Origin: Azolla caroliniana
Lineage: Eukaryota; Plantae; Polypodiophyta
Reading direction: 5' to 3'
Assembly: GCA_043228905.1 (NCBI GenBank)
Contig: JBHGNT010000012.1
Location: 496,001 to 560,000, forward strand
Length of the DNA stretch: 64,000 nucleotides
Shown here one piece after another: positions 38,831-52,021 of the stretch. The notes under the pieces are model-generated. The model made no database searches. It saw only the letters and a program-made list of their open reading frames with translations, and was not told the DNA's origin. Within the stretch, counting starts at the first letter, position 1. The number at the start of each line of letters is the position of its first letter. Both the position numbers and the translations under genes were made by a program.

Positions 38831-41800
38831 AAAAGTAATTTCTTTATTTTTAAGAAAGAAAAACAAGTTCATGTACTCACATAATTTTGTATTTTTAGTA
38901 AAAAAAACATACTTTATGCTCGTGCATAGGTTAGGAATGAAGTGGAGTCTTGATCACAATTCATTTATAAGTTATAACGTATAAAAATGGGGGTTTTACC
39001 CCTAGTTTATTTCAAGTAGATCAACAACCTCTATTGGGTGTGATTCTCTGTATTACTATTCTTGTTAACCGTTGTTTTATCACATGTCTCGTTCCTTCAT
39101 CTTGTTCCCTTGTCTTCACTCCATTCTCTCGTGTTTCGTCTCTTTTTACTCTACTCACCGGATTCCTCTTGCTAGAATTTGCTCTCCTTCTCATCCCCTC
39201 ATGTAATATTCCTCGCATCCAAATATCCTCTGATCGTGTGCCACAACAATATCGTGCTTATATATTTGGATTAATATTTTATTTTAATTTTAAATCATGG
39301 TTTTATATATCACAATGAAAATGTACAACTAGAGTCTAGAACTACTATATAATAATCAAATTTCGTTATTTCCATTTTCAACAGGGAACTTCATGAGTTG
39401 ATACCCACTAATATCTAGAAACATTTGCAATCTATAAAATGATGTACGAAAGACGTTGCGCGTTACCGTGTAATGTATTGTTAGGATAGGTTTGCATTTG
39501 TAACGAAAGAGCATTGATGTTTGCCATTATATGTTTCTCATAGCTCTTCTTTATTTATTGTAACGTAGTTGTTTTCTCCAACAAATTAGTGCAAACAATT
39601 CATGAAATGTTCCACTCTTTTGGACATTTATTTGTGGTAGCATTATAAAACAATAATAGCATACAAAAATGAGCATACCCACTACAAAAATATCGTGTTA
39701 ATAGCAATAACATGCACGTACATATTTATTACAGTTTTCTGTTGCGGGGAATAAAATGTGTATAAATTGTACACAAAATTCTTTTACATACATACACTGG
39801 CTTCTTTCAAGAGGTTATACCTAACAAAAACCGTGTACTATTTATTCCCTAACCTTATGAAAGTTAACAAAAGCCATGTAATAAAAACATGTTGTATAAT
39901 CGCCCATCTCGTTTTCAGTATACTTCAATACACTTCATCAACATTTGTGTTGTCAATGTTGCCACACACTTTTGTGCATGAGCCAAGCGTGTAAAAAGTC
40001 AAATGTCCTAAAACAAGAAACACGACCATGAGATGAAACTAGCGATAGGGATTAATGATTGTACATAAATACAAAATACCTAGGAGATGAGACCCGATGA
40101 ATCCTTACACTTGATAATTGTAATTTGTTACAAATATCCACTTTTGCACTCAGAAAATAAGGCTTTTATAGTGATCCTCACAAATGTGGGATAATATTTA
40201 TTATTTGACATCTCAAGTTGAGTCTTGATTGTGTAGATCCTACTCTCTAGGGTTCTAATCGTGCCTCTTACAAGAGATGATATATTCATATTCAAGTGTC
40301 TCTCAATCCATCTAAATGCCAAGATCCGAAATGAATGAATAGATAGGTGCCCATTTGTCATACATGGGAGAATGTCCATGTCCACTTCTCCATCTTTTAT
40401 TTGGGCGTGATATGACAAAAATTGGGCAAGAGCCATGAAATCGTGGGTGTTGTATTAGAGTTATTGGTTCATCAATGAGGGCACGCTATGATTACCTTCG
40501 GGCAAACACTTCACATGTCGCAAAGAACGTTGCATTACGTATGTGTAGAATAGTCTCACAACATTATAGTTGACTGTTTAAGCAATAACTCCTCTTCACA
40601 TGGGCTTGCTTCATAAGAGCACGGTTTGATGCGAAGAAAGTGTTTTTGGTGGCTTTGCCAATACATTGATCTTAGGGTTCATGCACCTTCAACACATCAA
40701 TAGTACAACAAACTTACAATAACAATAACCTCGTATTCACATGCGAATCCATATATTGGAAGCTTCCTTCCACCAAATTATGGAATGAAGCCAACCACAT
40801 TAAATGACCGTGACACATGTAGGATATCTTGTGAGCATGCATGTGAACCATTTTGGTGATAACTCTTCTTTATTTGGGATCGAACATATGAAAAGATTGT
40901 TTCTATGCTAACAAAGTAGTTTCCTCATTTATGCTCCTAAAGCTTTAGAAGTAGAATGATGATAAGAGTAGAAACTTCGTTCTTAGAGTGCCATACCATA
41001 TATAGGCAACTCCCACTAAGTAGTACTATTCTAGATTACTCGCATGGGTTTGGGCCAAACCATGGACCAAGGACAATGTGACAACGTACTACAGTTTTCG
41101 TTGTAAGGCATCAAGTTTAGCTCAGTGACAAAGGCACGGTGTTGTCAAAGTCCAAAGTATGCTCGAAGATTAGGATCCTATGGCCAAAGTGTTGATTCCA
41201 TATCCTTAATAGCCAAAATGATTAAAATTACTATTGGATTAGCAAAGAGGCACAAGACGAGTCACAAATTCAACTTTATCCACCCAACTATACTTATGTA
41301 ACCTTATATGTCACCAACGTCTTGTTAATTGGGTTACCATTTTATCACAAAAGGCGAAGCTGTTTTGTGAATAAGGGCCTAAATAACAAACCGCTTCTAT
41401 AGAAGTGCATGACATTTCAACATATTGTTCAATAGCCGATCAAAACGAGCCATCAAATAGTGAAGGTCAAGCAAGATTCATGGCATAAGAAAGAGTTGGT
41501 CCATGGGTATGTGAGTAGGGCGGAGCATGGTTGAGCGGGGTGGCAGCATCCAAACTGGGGGAAGAGGGAGAGAGTGAGATGAGAAAAGCAACGAGAAAGA
41601 TCGAAGGGGTTCTTGAGGAGAGTTCGAGAAGCAGCGCAGGAGGAAAGGGAAGCAGAGAAAGAGGGGAGTCTGAGGGTTTCTTTCTGACGACCCGACCCGA
41701 ACCAAACTGACCCGACCCGACCCGACCCATCCCCTTTCCTTCCCTTTCCTTTCCAAAAAGAGAGGAATCAGAGGGTTTCTTTCCGACCCATCCCTTGAGG

Positions 41801-41839
41801 GTTTCTCCCCCCTCCTCTTCTGAGGGTTTCCCACAAAGA

Positions 41840-41842
41840 GAG

Positions 41843-41903
<61 letters not shown>

Positions 41904-41988
41904 AGAGAGCAGGGGATGGATGCCAAGCGTTGAGGTGAGGTGGCATTTTGACTTGGGCTTAGAGAGAGAGTGAGAGACAGAGAGATAC

Positions 41989-42023
<35 letters not shown>

Positions 42024-42272
42024 GACAGAGAGATAGAGAGAGAGAGAGGAAAGGGAAAGGAGCCATGGAAAAAGAAGAAGAAGAAGAAGATTAAAGCAGA
42101 AGCAGAAGCAGAAGCAGAAGCAGAAGCAGAAGCAGTGATGTCAAGAGAAAGCGCGTAGAAGAAGAAGAAGAAGAAAGGAAAGAAGTAAGAAGGAAGAAGA
42201 AGAAGCAAAAAAAGAGAAGAAAGAAAGAGACGCAGAAACTCGAAGCAGCAGCCTGACAGAGAGATATAGAAG

Positions 42273-42303
<31 letters not shown>

Positions 42304-42430
42304 CAGAGAGACAGAGAGAAGCTCACAGGAACCAGCATTTCGCAAAGCAAGAAGAAAGCTCCCCCATTCTTTTTCTGTTCTCTTCTTCTCCACCCCTCCC
42401 CTCCCCTCCCCTCCCCTCCCCTCCCCTCTT
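41840..42430. repeat. Microsatellite cluster upstream of the NT-C2 gene: (AG)n, (GCAGAA)n, (GAA)n, (CCCCT)n
   Basis: Directly visible purine-rich simple repeats. Confidence 0.95.
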
Positions 42431-42596
42431 GCCTTCTCTATTCCTATTTCTCGAAACCTAAATCCTTCTTCTACACTTCACCGAGCCCACGTTTCGCAGA
42501 AAATTTAGATCTGATCAAGCACAGATTCCATATTTAAGTACAGATCCGATCTTTTCTATTTCTTTTTATTATTATTATTTTGTCTCTCCCCTGGCT

Positions 42597-45494
42597 ATGG
42601 TTGTGAAGATGAGGAAATGGCTCCCTTGGCCTCCCAATTCTTCTAGAAAGTTCCAAGTTTTCCTTACTCTGCACTCTCTGGAAGGGCTGCATCCTTCCAT
42701 TTCTTCCCCAGATGACTGTGATATGGAAGGAATCATGATGGATGTGAAGTGGAAAGGTCCTAAAGGAAGCTTCTTCAGGAGAAGAAGCTTGAAACGTGTG
42801 AGAACCTCCGAGAAACAGTTAAGAGAGGATGGCATTGTGCGATGGGATGAAGAAACGTACCACGAATGTATCTTCACTGAAGCTAAGAACAACAGCACTA
42901 GCCCCTTCCTTCCATGGGACGTTCATTTTGTCATCTTAAAGGTATGTGATCTGAGACTCTGATTATGGATGCCAGAGAGAGAGAGAGAGAGAGAGATCAT
43001 CTGCAAAATGATCTGTGAGACCAAAGTTACAAGTACCTGAAAGAAAAATGAACTTAAGGTCAATGGCCTACAACACCATAATTACAACCATTTCTGGCCC
43101 TTGAGAGCGGGTAGTACAAACACCTTTCAAAGGCCAGAATGACCAACGACGCAACCATTCTAGATTATTGAGAATCAAAAGGAAATGTCATACTACCATC
43201 TGGAAAACTGAGATATGAGGCCATATTGAGAGAAAGTTAAAGCTAAATGGTGAGGAATGTAATATTATCATCTGCAGAAAACTCAAAATGACCAATGAGA
43301 TATAACTGCAACCATTCTGAATGCTAGAGAGTGAGACAGAGAGGATTTATATGCGTATTTTCGTCATCCAATATTATGATGATGTCTCCTTCTGACACTC
43401 TGTACCACATTTGCAGGTAATCCATCAAGGTGGCAAAACGAAGCTATCTGTTACTGGAACTGCAGTTATGAACATCTCGGATTATGTCGCAGGATGTGGA
43501 TACATACCAAAGACTACGAAGATTAATGTTTCTGGATCGTCTGGTGCAGAGACTGATGCTGTACTTGTTGTAAGTTTCAAACTTCTCTCTAATATGTACT
43601 TTGTAGCTAGGGTTTGCCTCATTCTCTCATTATTACCTACCTATCAATGGTGTCAGGTTACTGTGAACTTTATGGAACCTTGGACTCAATCAGAATGTGT
43701 AGATCTGACACATCCCAGACCGTCTTTGCCATGCATCAGCAGTGACTATATAGATGCACAACCCCTAGATGATATCTCTTCTGGTAGAACAATGAAAAAT
43801 GCAAAGCGGCCTGCTGAAGGTAAAGCTTCTCAGGAGCTGTATGTGCTGGATAGGTCGAAACTGTCCTCGAGAAGTGAAGGTAGCATACTTGATCCGAGAA
43901 CATTGTTCGAATCATCTTCTGATTCTATAGACGAGTATGATGATGGAGGTTTGGAAGATGGCGGTGAGGATTCAAGCTTCAGAAAATCATTTAGCTATGG
44001 TACATTAGCAGGGGTAAATCTTGTACTTGAAGGGGCATTGCCCTCCTTTAGAGAAGGACAGGTGGATGCCACCGACCAATTAGCCTCTATTCACACCAGG
44101 ATCATGACAGATATAATGCCTAAAGTGAGTGAAAATGCTTCAGACTCCGATCAGGCTGTTGTTCAACAAACCATGAGAAGCCTTCTGTCATGGAAGAAAA
44201 GGAAACTAAGTTTTCGGTCACCTCGGGCAAGGGGTGAACCTTTGCTGAATAAATCGTATGGGGATGATGGAGGAGATGATATAGACCATGATCGGCGACA
44301 ATCTTGTGCTTCTCCTAATGAGCAAGCTCTTACTACAGTAATAATTCTTTCTCTTCTGTGTCTATTAAACTTTTTGCAGAGTTTTCTATGTATTTCCTTG
44401 TGTTTCACTACTTCATCTGAAGGATTTCATGTTTTCTCGGCTACTTACAGGTGTGCAAGGATGAGAACTTGTCATCATCATCATCAAACATTTCAGGATG
44501 CCTAGATTTCGGAGATGAAAAATTCAGCATTGGATGCTGGGAGAAGAAGGAGTTTGTGAGTAGGGATGGTGACACGAAGCTTGCTGCAAATGTGTTCTTT
44601 GCATCAATTGATCAAAGGAATGAGAAGGCTGCCGGCGAGAGTGCATGTACCGCTCTAGTAGCAGTAATAGCCGAGTGGCTTCACCGTAACCCTAATAGGA
44701 TGCCGATTAGAGCAGAGTTTGATTCTCTCATAAGAGAAGGTTCAGCTCAATGGAGGCGGCTGTGTGAAATGGATACATATCAATCTCGTTTCCCTGATGG
44801 ACATTTTGATCTTGATACAGTATTAGAGGCTCAAGTAAGACCTCTGAAGGTTGCTCGCGAGAGGTCATTTGTAGGTTTCTTCCAACCAGAGGGAGTAGAA
44901 GAGGATGTGTGTGACTTTCTTAAGGGAGCTATGATGTTCGATGACATTTGGGATGCCATCATTGAAGAAACAGCACCGAAAGAATCTTGTGAGCCTGTAG
45001 TGTACATTGTTAGCTGGAACGATCATTTTTTCATTTTGAAGGTTGATCCAGATGCATATTACATTATAGACACATTGGGAGAACGGCTTCATGAAGGTTG
45101 TGATCAGGCCTATATCATCCGGTTTGATAGAGAAGCCACATTATCTCATGTTCCGAAGGAAATAATTAAAGATGAATGCAGGCATGTCGAGGCTGGGTGT
45201 TCACAATCAAATACTTGTTCATCATCATCAGCAGAGTCAATATTGTCAACAAAATCTCCATCTGAAGGTGAGTATAGAGGAGAAGAACAAAGAGAAAGAG
45301 ATGGTGATAAAAGTGATATTGATGAGAACGCTTGTGAAGGCAAGGATGCATGCAAATGCTTTTTGAAGGAATTCTTCGCTGCAGTTCCATTGAGAGAATT
45401 GCAAGTTGATATAAAGAAAGGCTTGTTGGGTAAACTTCCTCTACACCAAAGGTTACAGATTGAGTTTCATTTTATGTCATTGGATAGCCCATAG
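42597..45494 (+). CDS. Plant NT-C2 (EEIG1/EHBP1-type) domain protein, ~740 aa; exons 42597-42941, 43417-43569, 43657-44337, 44451-45494
   Basis: MVVKMRKWLPWPP..RKFQV start, VKWKGPK, VRWDEE, WKKRKLSFRSP...GEPLL.K.YGDDGGDDID.DRRQ, FFASIDQR..KAAGESACTALVAVIA, LHQRLQIEFH; these match the At3g11760/At5g04860-like family as I recall it; phase-0 GT-AG introns. Confidence 0.9.
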
Positions 45495-47814
45495 CAATGT
45501 TTACAATAGCCATACTCAAGCTTAACTAGCTAATGTGAAGCAGGAGACAATTTATACTGGGGAAATTTTGTATGAATACAGATACAACTAAGAATAGAAT
45601 GTCAACAAAATGGGCATCTCACTAACCTTGTCTTAATGAGAAAAATATGTAGTCTCGCAATGTAAATGTTTATTTTAATCTTTATTTAATCTAACATAGA
45701 CACAGCTAAAACAACTGAAGTTAAGCTGCCTTTCTCACACACTAGGTTTTTACATCAAAGATTGACACTTTTCATTGAAGGGGCTACTTCTGATTTTGGA
45801 ACCTGTGTCTAGCTGTTTAAATGTGTAATTCACTACTGTATTTTCAGTCAAATGTAGCTTTTGTTTTGATTCTGCCCAAGCTCAACAGTTTACAGAAGGT
45901 GATGTCTTTTTTTTATACAAATCCTTGGTTTGGCTAAATTTAGTTTACTGCAATTTAGAACTATGGAATGGATTTTTTTTCTTCACCCTGAAGTGATAAA
46001 GAAAAGGTAATTAGACATTGCTGCATTTAGCGGCTTGGGTGGAATTGAACCCAGACCCTTGTGAATGCAAAGAATTGGATAACCTTATTGTAAAACAGGA
46101 GAGGCTGGTTGATTGAGTCATGAGAATTAATGGGGTAAATGTTAATCAGTAGTAAATACATTGTTTCCACTTCCAAAACCTATATATAATTTGTTACTGT
46201 TTCTCTATTTATGAGAGAAATTTTAGATGTCAGTTAGATCAGTTACATCTTCAGGAATATCTATTATTATAATCAGTATTTTGGTATTCAAGAATATCTA
46301 TCTGGTTATTGTTTGCGGTAACACTACATTAAACACATCAAGAAGTGACCATATTTCAAAGCCTCTTTATTCTAACCCTGCCCCACATAATTTCAGCCAC
46401 TTTAAAAGGCCCATTAATGTTCTGTTACTTGGAGAATGTGACTGTTACGTATGTAAAGGAGAAGTTTCCCATTATCAATAAAATGTCAAAAGATGTTTTG
46501 TAAGTGTAAGAAGCTATTATTAGTTGCAACTTAAGTCTCTTCAATGATATTATTTCCCAAATACATTAACATGTTTCAAGAAAAGAAATCAACAATGCTA
46601 ATGGACCTAAGGTAAGTAGACAGATTTTATTCTCGTCAAGTGATATTGTCTCAAGTAGGAGGGTGTATGGTGTTTGTTTCTTGACTTGGGAGAAACTTTG
46701 TAAGAAAAAGTTTTAAGACATTTTTACATCTATTTAAGCGAGCCTAAGAATGCTATTAGTACTACTAAAGTGTCAAATAGATATTTCTTGAGAACCCAAC
46801 TTTTAATTTGTCATGACTGCATATATTATCTAAGACATGATATGCCTCTTTCTCGTCTCTAAGCAATGGGCACACATTCATTCCATCTATGATTTATGTG
46901 AACTTTAGGACCAAGATATATAAAGCTTACAATAGTTTTAAGTGGCCCATTATTGTACATAATGCATGGTTTATTCTTATTTTGGTTCTTACAAGCAAAA
47001 AATTTGTTTTAAAGCTACTCTTTTCATTCAACTTTGAATGCATGCAAGACTCTTCCAACGCCCTAATAAACATTTGTGCATATGGCTAAAAGAATTTGCA
47101 AAAAGCACTATATCATATGCAGATAACAAACACATGATGATTACATTCCTAATGACAACTTCTCAATGCCTTCTTCCTTTACAAACTTTACAACCATTTA
47201 ATCTAATTTATTAATGTATAGACCAGATAGAGTTGGTGAGAGTAGGAATCCTTTCTTAAACCAAATAGTATTATTAAAAAACTCCAAAATGTCATTACTT
47301 ATACACACATGACATAACCTTCTCATAGATTCAAATGTCTAAACACTATATATATACACAACTAACGTTTGGTGGGGAGGAGAGATATTGTCATGTAGCA
47401 GAACTAATAGGTTAGGGAGTCAATGTATACCATCTCTACTATAGAGTAAGGAACGCCGATGTTTCAACTATTTTGCATAGAACTAGGATGCAATTGTTGT
47501 TCCATCAAACATCAACATAAGCCTCCACCTCATCTTCACAATCATTGGCAAGTAACAATGTGTGATCCCCATTAAGGGTGGATCTTACAAACATTGGAGG
47601 CTCCCTTTCAAAACTGAAGAAAAATAACCCAAGGCAACAAAGTTGTCTCATGCATGGCCCGTTTTGCGATGTACAACCATTGCTTTATGATGCAAGCAGG
47701 GCATTGTAGAGCGACATACAATACTCGTAGCGCAACATCCTCGAATAACTAATTTATTGCCTTTAAAAATAGGGATTTCTCTATCCTATTCTCTCTTCCA
47801 TATTGCTCTCATGT

Positions 47815-47862
<48 letters not shown>
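47815..47862. repeat. (CT)n microsatellite
   Basis: Directly visible. Confidence 0.95.
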
Positions 47863-47866
<4 letters not shown>

Positions 47867-48910
47867 TGAAAACACATAATTATATTAATAAATATGTGTG
47901 AAAGACAGCCAGGTGATGGTGAAAAACTTTAGCATATGTGGAGCTAAATGCAAACATGGAGTTTTCAGACTACCAACCAGGGTATGTTGAGTATGACTAC
48001 CACCAAGATATGTATTCTCTTGGATTGCAAGAAGTTGTTTACATCTTAAGTATGGTTATAGTGAAAAGCTTTAGCCTTTAGTATATGCGGAACCACGTTC
48101 AGCCAATTTTGGCAGCAACATGAAGTTTTTTAGAGACCCTAACAAGGGGCGATTGAAGATAGGTTTCAGACGATTCGTATTATAGACATGGTCTCATGGA
48201 ATGTAATGGTGATAGTCTATAGATATCATCGAACATGGATATTTTGATGTTTTATCTTGCCAAATGCCAAAACTTATATGTATTTGGTCCTTTCTTTGAT
48301 CATATATACTTGTGGAGTGGAAACTATTATGTACTATTTGTATATTGCCTTTGGCATTGTTAATTTTAATACCAATGGAGCATATTTTTTTGGGGAAAAA
48401 AATGTGTGAAAAACACTATTTATAATGGGTGTCACAATGGAGTATGATCACCCACTAACTACATGGGTAATGGAACATGTTGAATTGCCAATAGGCAAGA
48501 CAAACACTCCATTGAGGACATAATATTGCTACATTAGTACTCCCTTCAAGTTTCGTAGATATGCTTTGACTCCATGTCTACCATTAAACATAAAAGCATT
48601 ACACATATCCATATTTTGAAGTAATCCCCAAAACCTTAGAAGTAGGAAAACAATTTCCATCTCTAATTTTGGGTTAACCTATGTGAATTGTGCAAACACC
48701 CATAGTCTTGATGTCATATAACACCATGATAAAACTTGCCAAATTTGAGAAACGTACCCCAAATCTTACAAGAAATCAAAGATGGTATGAAACAATGAGT
48801 ATTATTTGCCATTTGAACAATGCAAAAGAAACAATTTCCCGTATCTCAAAGGCAAACCCCCAATCAAAACTCTCCAAATAAAAGACCTTTGCTACAAGTG
48901 ACAATTTCTC

Positions 48911-50820
48911 TTTTTTTTTTTTTTTTTTGTAAATCAATGTTTGTTATTAAAACAAGATGATAATACAACCCTTGCTATCTTCACTACATCATGAATAGTG
49001 ATAATGCATGGAAAACCCTCTCAAGTGTTGCAAAACTAGATGGCATACCTCTATCTCCTCTTGGGACAATGTCCCCAAACAACATAGTTGCGAAAATTGC
49101 CACATCAACTTCCCTTTCATCCTACGAAGTTGTTGAGTTACCCCATGAAGTCCATCAAACACGAACCCATTTCTCATGGTCCAATTAAACCACATCCCCC
49201 AATACCTATGGTAGTCAAACACGACCTTATATGATGGTGCATGCATGCCTTTATCGTCATCAATAAAAACCCAGTTAAAAGGTGACAAAATATTGCCTGT
49301 TATCGATGCCCAAATTTGTGATATAACAACCCAAATGGCTTTAGCAACTAGACATGTAATGAACCTATGTTTGGCATCTTCCTCAACCACCGTGCAAAAA
49401 AAAACATGTCCCATTTGAAATATGTCTATGTTTTAAAGCCATCGCCAAAGGCAACCCACCAACAATCACACGCCAAAGAAACACCTTAGCACGGAACAGA
49501 AGATGAGGCTTCCATCTTGCATCCAAAACTCTACGCCACCACTTTGCATGTCGAGTAATGTACCATGTGTCTACAACCTTAGTTGCTAACCAAGCTCTAT
49601 CTTCAACCAACTTATGTTATACATCATTAGTGTTCACCACAAAAATTGATTGTCCAATACCAAATGACCAATCTTTCCATGGGTCCGCAACCACCAACTC
49701 TGGAAGCGGGAAAACTAATCTAAGCAATGCCAATATTGATTCCCAAATAAACCCATATCCACGTGGTATATGAAACTTATTTTTAATTGTCCGAAAGGCC
49801 ATCATTTTCCTACATGACTCTAATATACCATCCTCCACAGTTACCAATCCCAGCATGGCCATTCGATTAAAACTGTGTATTTAGGCTTTCTTTTCCATCC
49901 CAATGTATTATCCATGAAGATGCCAAAACCTCTGCTGCCAAGGAATTAATATCTTTTCTACACTCAGGTGGGCTCTAATGAAATAATTTCAAGCATTGCT
50001 GCCAAAAAAGCACTAATTGTTGGACCATAATAGATTCAGAACATTTAAATGCACGGGTACTATTAACAACATGCCACCACAATGCTGTAATTCTGGTTTT
50101 CCCATGGTATATACCAACCTTTTCCACAAAATAACGAATTATTTCTGCCCAAGGTTGGGTACCTATGCACATACCTTTCAACAGATTGAATCTTCGAGCT
50201 ACCATATGATCCTCCAAATTTAGTAATGCAACTCCCCCTAACCGTTTTGGAGTACATATATTGTTCCACGATACCCAACTCATACCTAGTCTTGATTCTT
50301 TCTTCCACAATGTATATTTAAGTGAATGAGCTAATTGATCAAGTGATTTCTTTGTCCAAGGTAATAATGGAAAAAAATAAAAAATCATTGGAGTCATTAT
50401 AGCTTGTACCACTTTGAGATGAGTACTAAACGGCCATGCTCGAGGCTTCCAATACATAAATTTGTCTAAAACGGTCCCTGATATCCATTTCAAACTTTGA
50501 GACGTTGAGATATCAACACCAATAGGGTAACCTAAGTGCCAACACACATTGGCTTGATCTAATATTTGGCCACACCATCCAAGATCAACCAAATCACTTT
50601 GAGATGAGTACTAAACGGCCATGCTCGAGGCTTCCAATACATAAATTTGTCTAAAATGGTCCCTGATATCCAATTCAAACTTTGAGACGTTGAGATATCA
50701 ACACCAATAGGGTAACCTAAGTGCCAACACACATTGGCTTGATCCAATATTTGGCCACACCATCCAAGATCAACCAAATCACTCTTAGTGCATCTAATGA
50801 GCATCAACTTTCGCATATTT
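48911..50820 (-). mobile_element. 5'-truncated LINE with poly(A) tail and an internal 185-bp duplication
   Basis: Poly-T at 48911-48928; HLGYPIG, VSWNNICTPKRLGGVALLNL, KVFLWRVIVGGLP, EDAKHRFITCLVAKAIW; frameshifts. Confidence 0.9.
50410..50783. repeat. 185-bp tandem duplication
   Basis: Near-identical units starting CACT at 50410 and 50595, with a third CACT at 50780. Confidence 0.92.
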
Positions 50821-51687
50821 TATCATTTTTATCATAACATTTGCTTGTTACTCGCAAGACTAGAATATTACTCGTGAGTGCACTTGTTTTTTCACGTAAT
50901 AGTACACTTTCTCGACCATATCAATACATGCTAGGTTAGCATTAATATAAGGCTAACTAGAAAATTACATTGATGTTAGAACCATGGTTGAACCTCGGGG
51001 AGCCGCCATGATTAATCAAGATAGAGATATGAGAAAGACATCTTAGCTATGTTTTCCCCCATGGTTTTTAAAACACCATAGTGTTACCACAGTTATCGGA
51101 TCTCGAATCACATCTCATATGTCTAGAGGGGCAACGATGTGAGATGCTTTCTTGGATAAAGTTCTTCCAATCAAAATTTCAAGCATTCATTTTGCTTGTG
51201 TATTTTCCGAACCTCCTTATTTATATTGCATACACACAAATTGCATCATGGAACAAGTTTTGAACACTGTTGGAGTGATCTCTCCGACCGAGACCTCTCA
51301 ACTCCAATCTGCATCTTGCACACAAACAGAGATCACTATTGAGCAATTGCTGTTGGGAGACAGGTCCTTCTGGATGGGAAGGGAGAAGAACAGTGTAGAC
51401 CTGGTGAGAACCAGATGAGGAGTGCCCAGCTACGGAGAGCCGGATGGTGCAGACCCGGTGAGAACTGGATGAGGAGTACCCGGCTACGGAGAGCCGGATG
51501 GTGTAGACCCGGTGAGAAGTGCTCACCGGATGAAGAGACATATTCGTAAATATGTTTCTGAGAGTCCATCATGGCTGTATTTGTAAATAGCCGAAAAGTC
51601 ATATTAGTATAAATATGACTTAGGGCAAACTTTTAGTTGTGGTTGTCATTCTTGTTGGTGCAAGGAGAGAGTGAGCGCGTAACTGTG

Positions 51688-51724
<37 letters not shown>

Positions 51725-52021
51725 GTTGTTGCCTCTGTTGTAACCGCCGCCTGTGGCGAGGATCGTGAGCACGAGGTCGTTGCCTCAGTGAACTCACTGT
51801 TGTACATTCTAACATAGTGATAGTTTGCAGCCTGTGGGCTGTCATGGTTTTTCCCTTAGTTTGGGTTTTCCATGTAAACATCCTGTGTACTCGTCTCTTC
51901 TTCGTGTCGTTCATTATTTCCCGTTTTCTGTGTATGATTCTAAGCTCGGTTGTGGCCGAGCGTTGCGTATAGGGAGCGTGTAGTTCCCGTCAAGTGGTAT
52001 CAGAGCGAAACGACACAGAAA

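Noticed and set aside
41467-42393. ORFs with poly-SL, poly-F and poly-EA tracts
   Set aside because: Translations of microsatellites
43411-44505. Single 364-aa ORF
   Set aside because: Reads through an 87-nt in-frame intron (43570-43656) and the next intron; it is part of the spliced NT-C2 gene
46029-46070. tRNA-like B-box (GGGTTCAATTCC on minus)
   Set aside because: No convincing A-box or cloverleaf; at most a decayed SINE fragment
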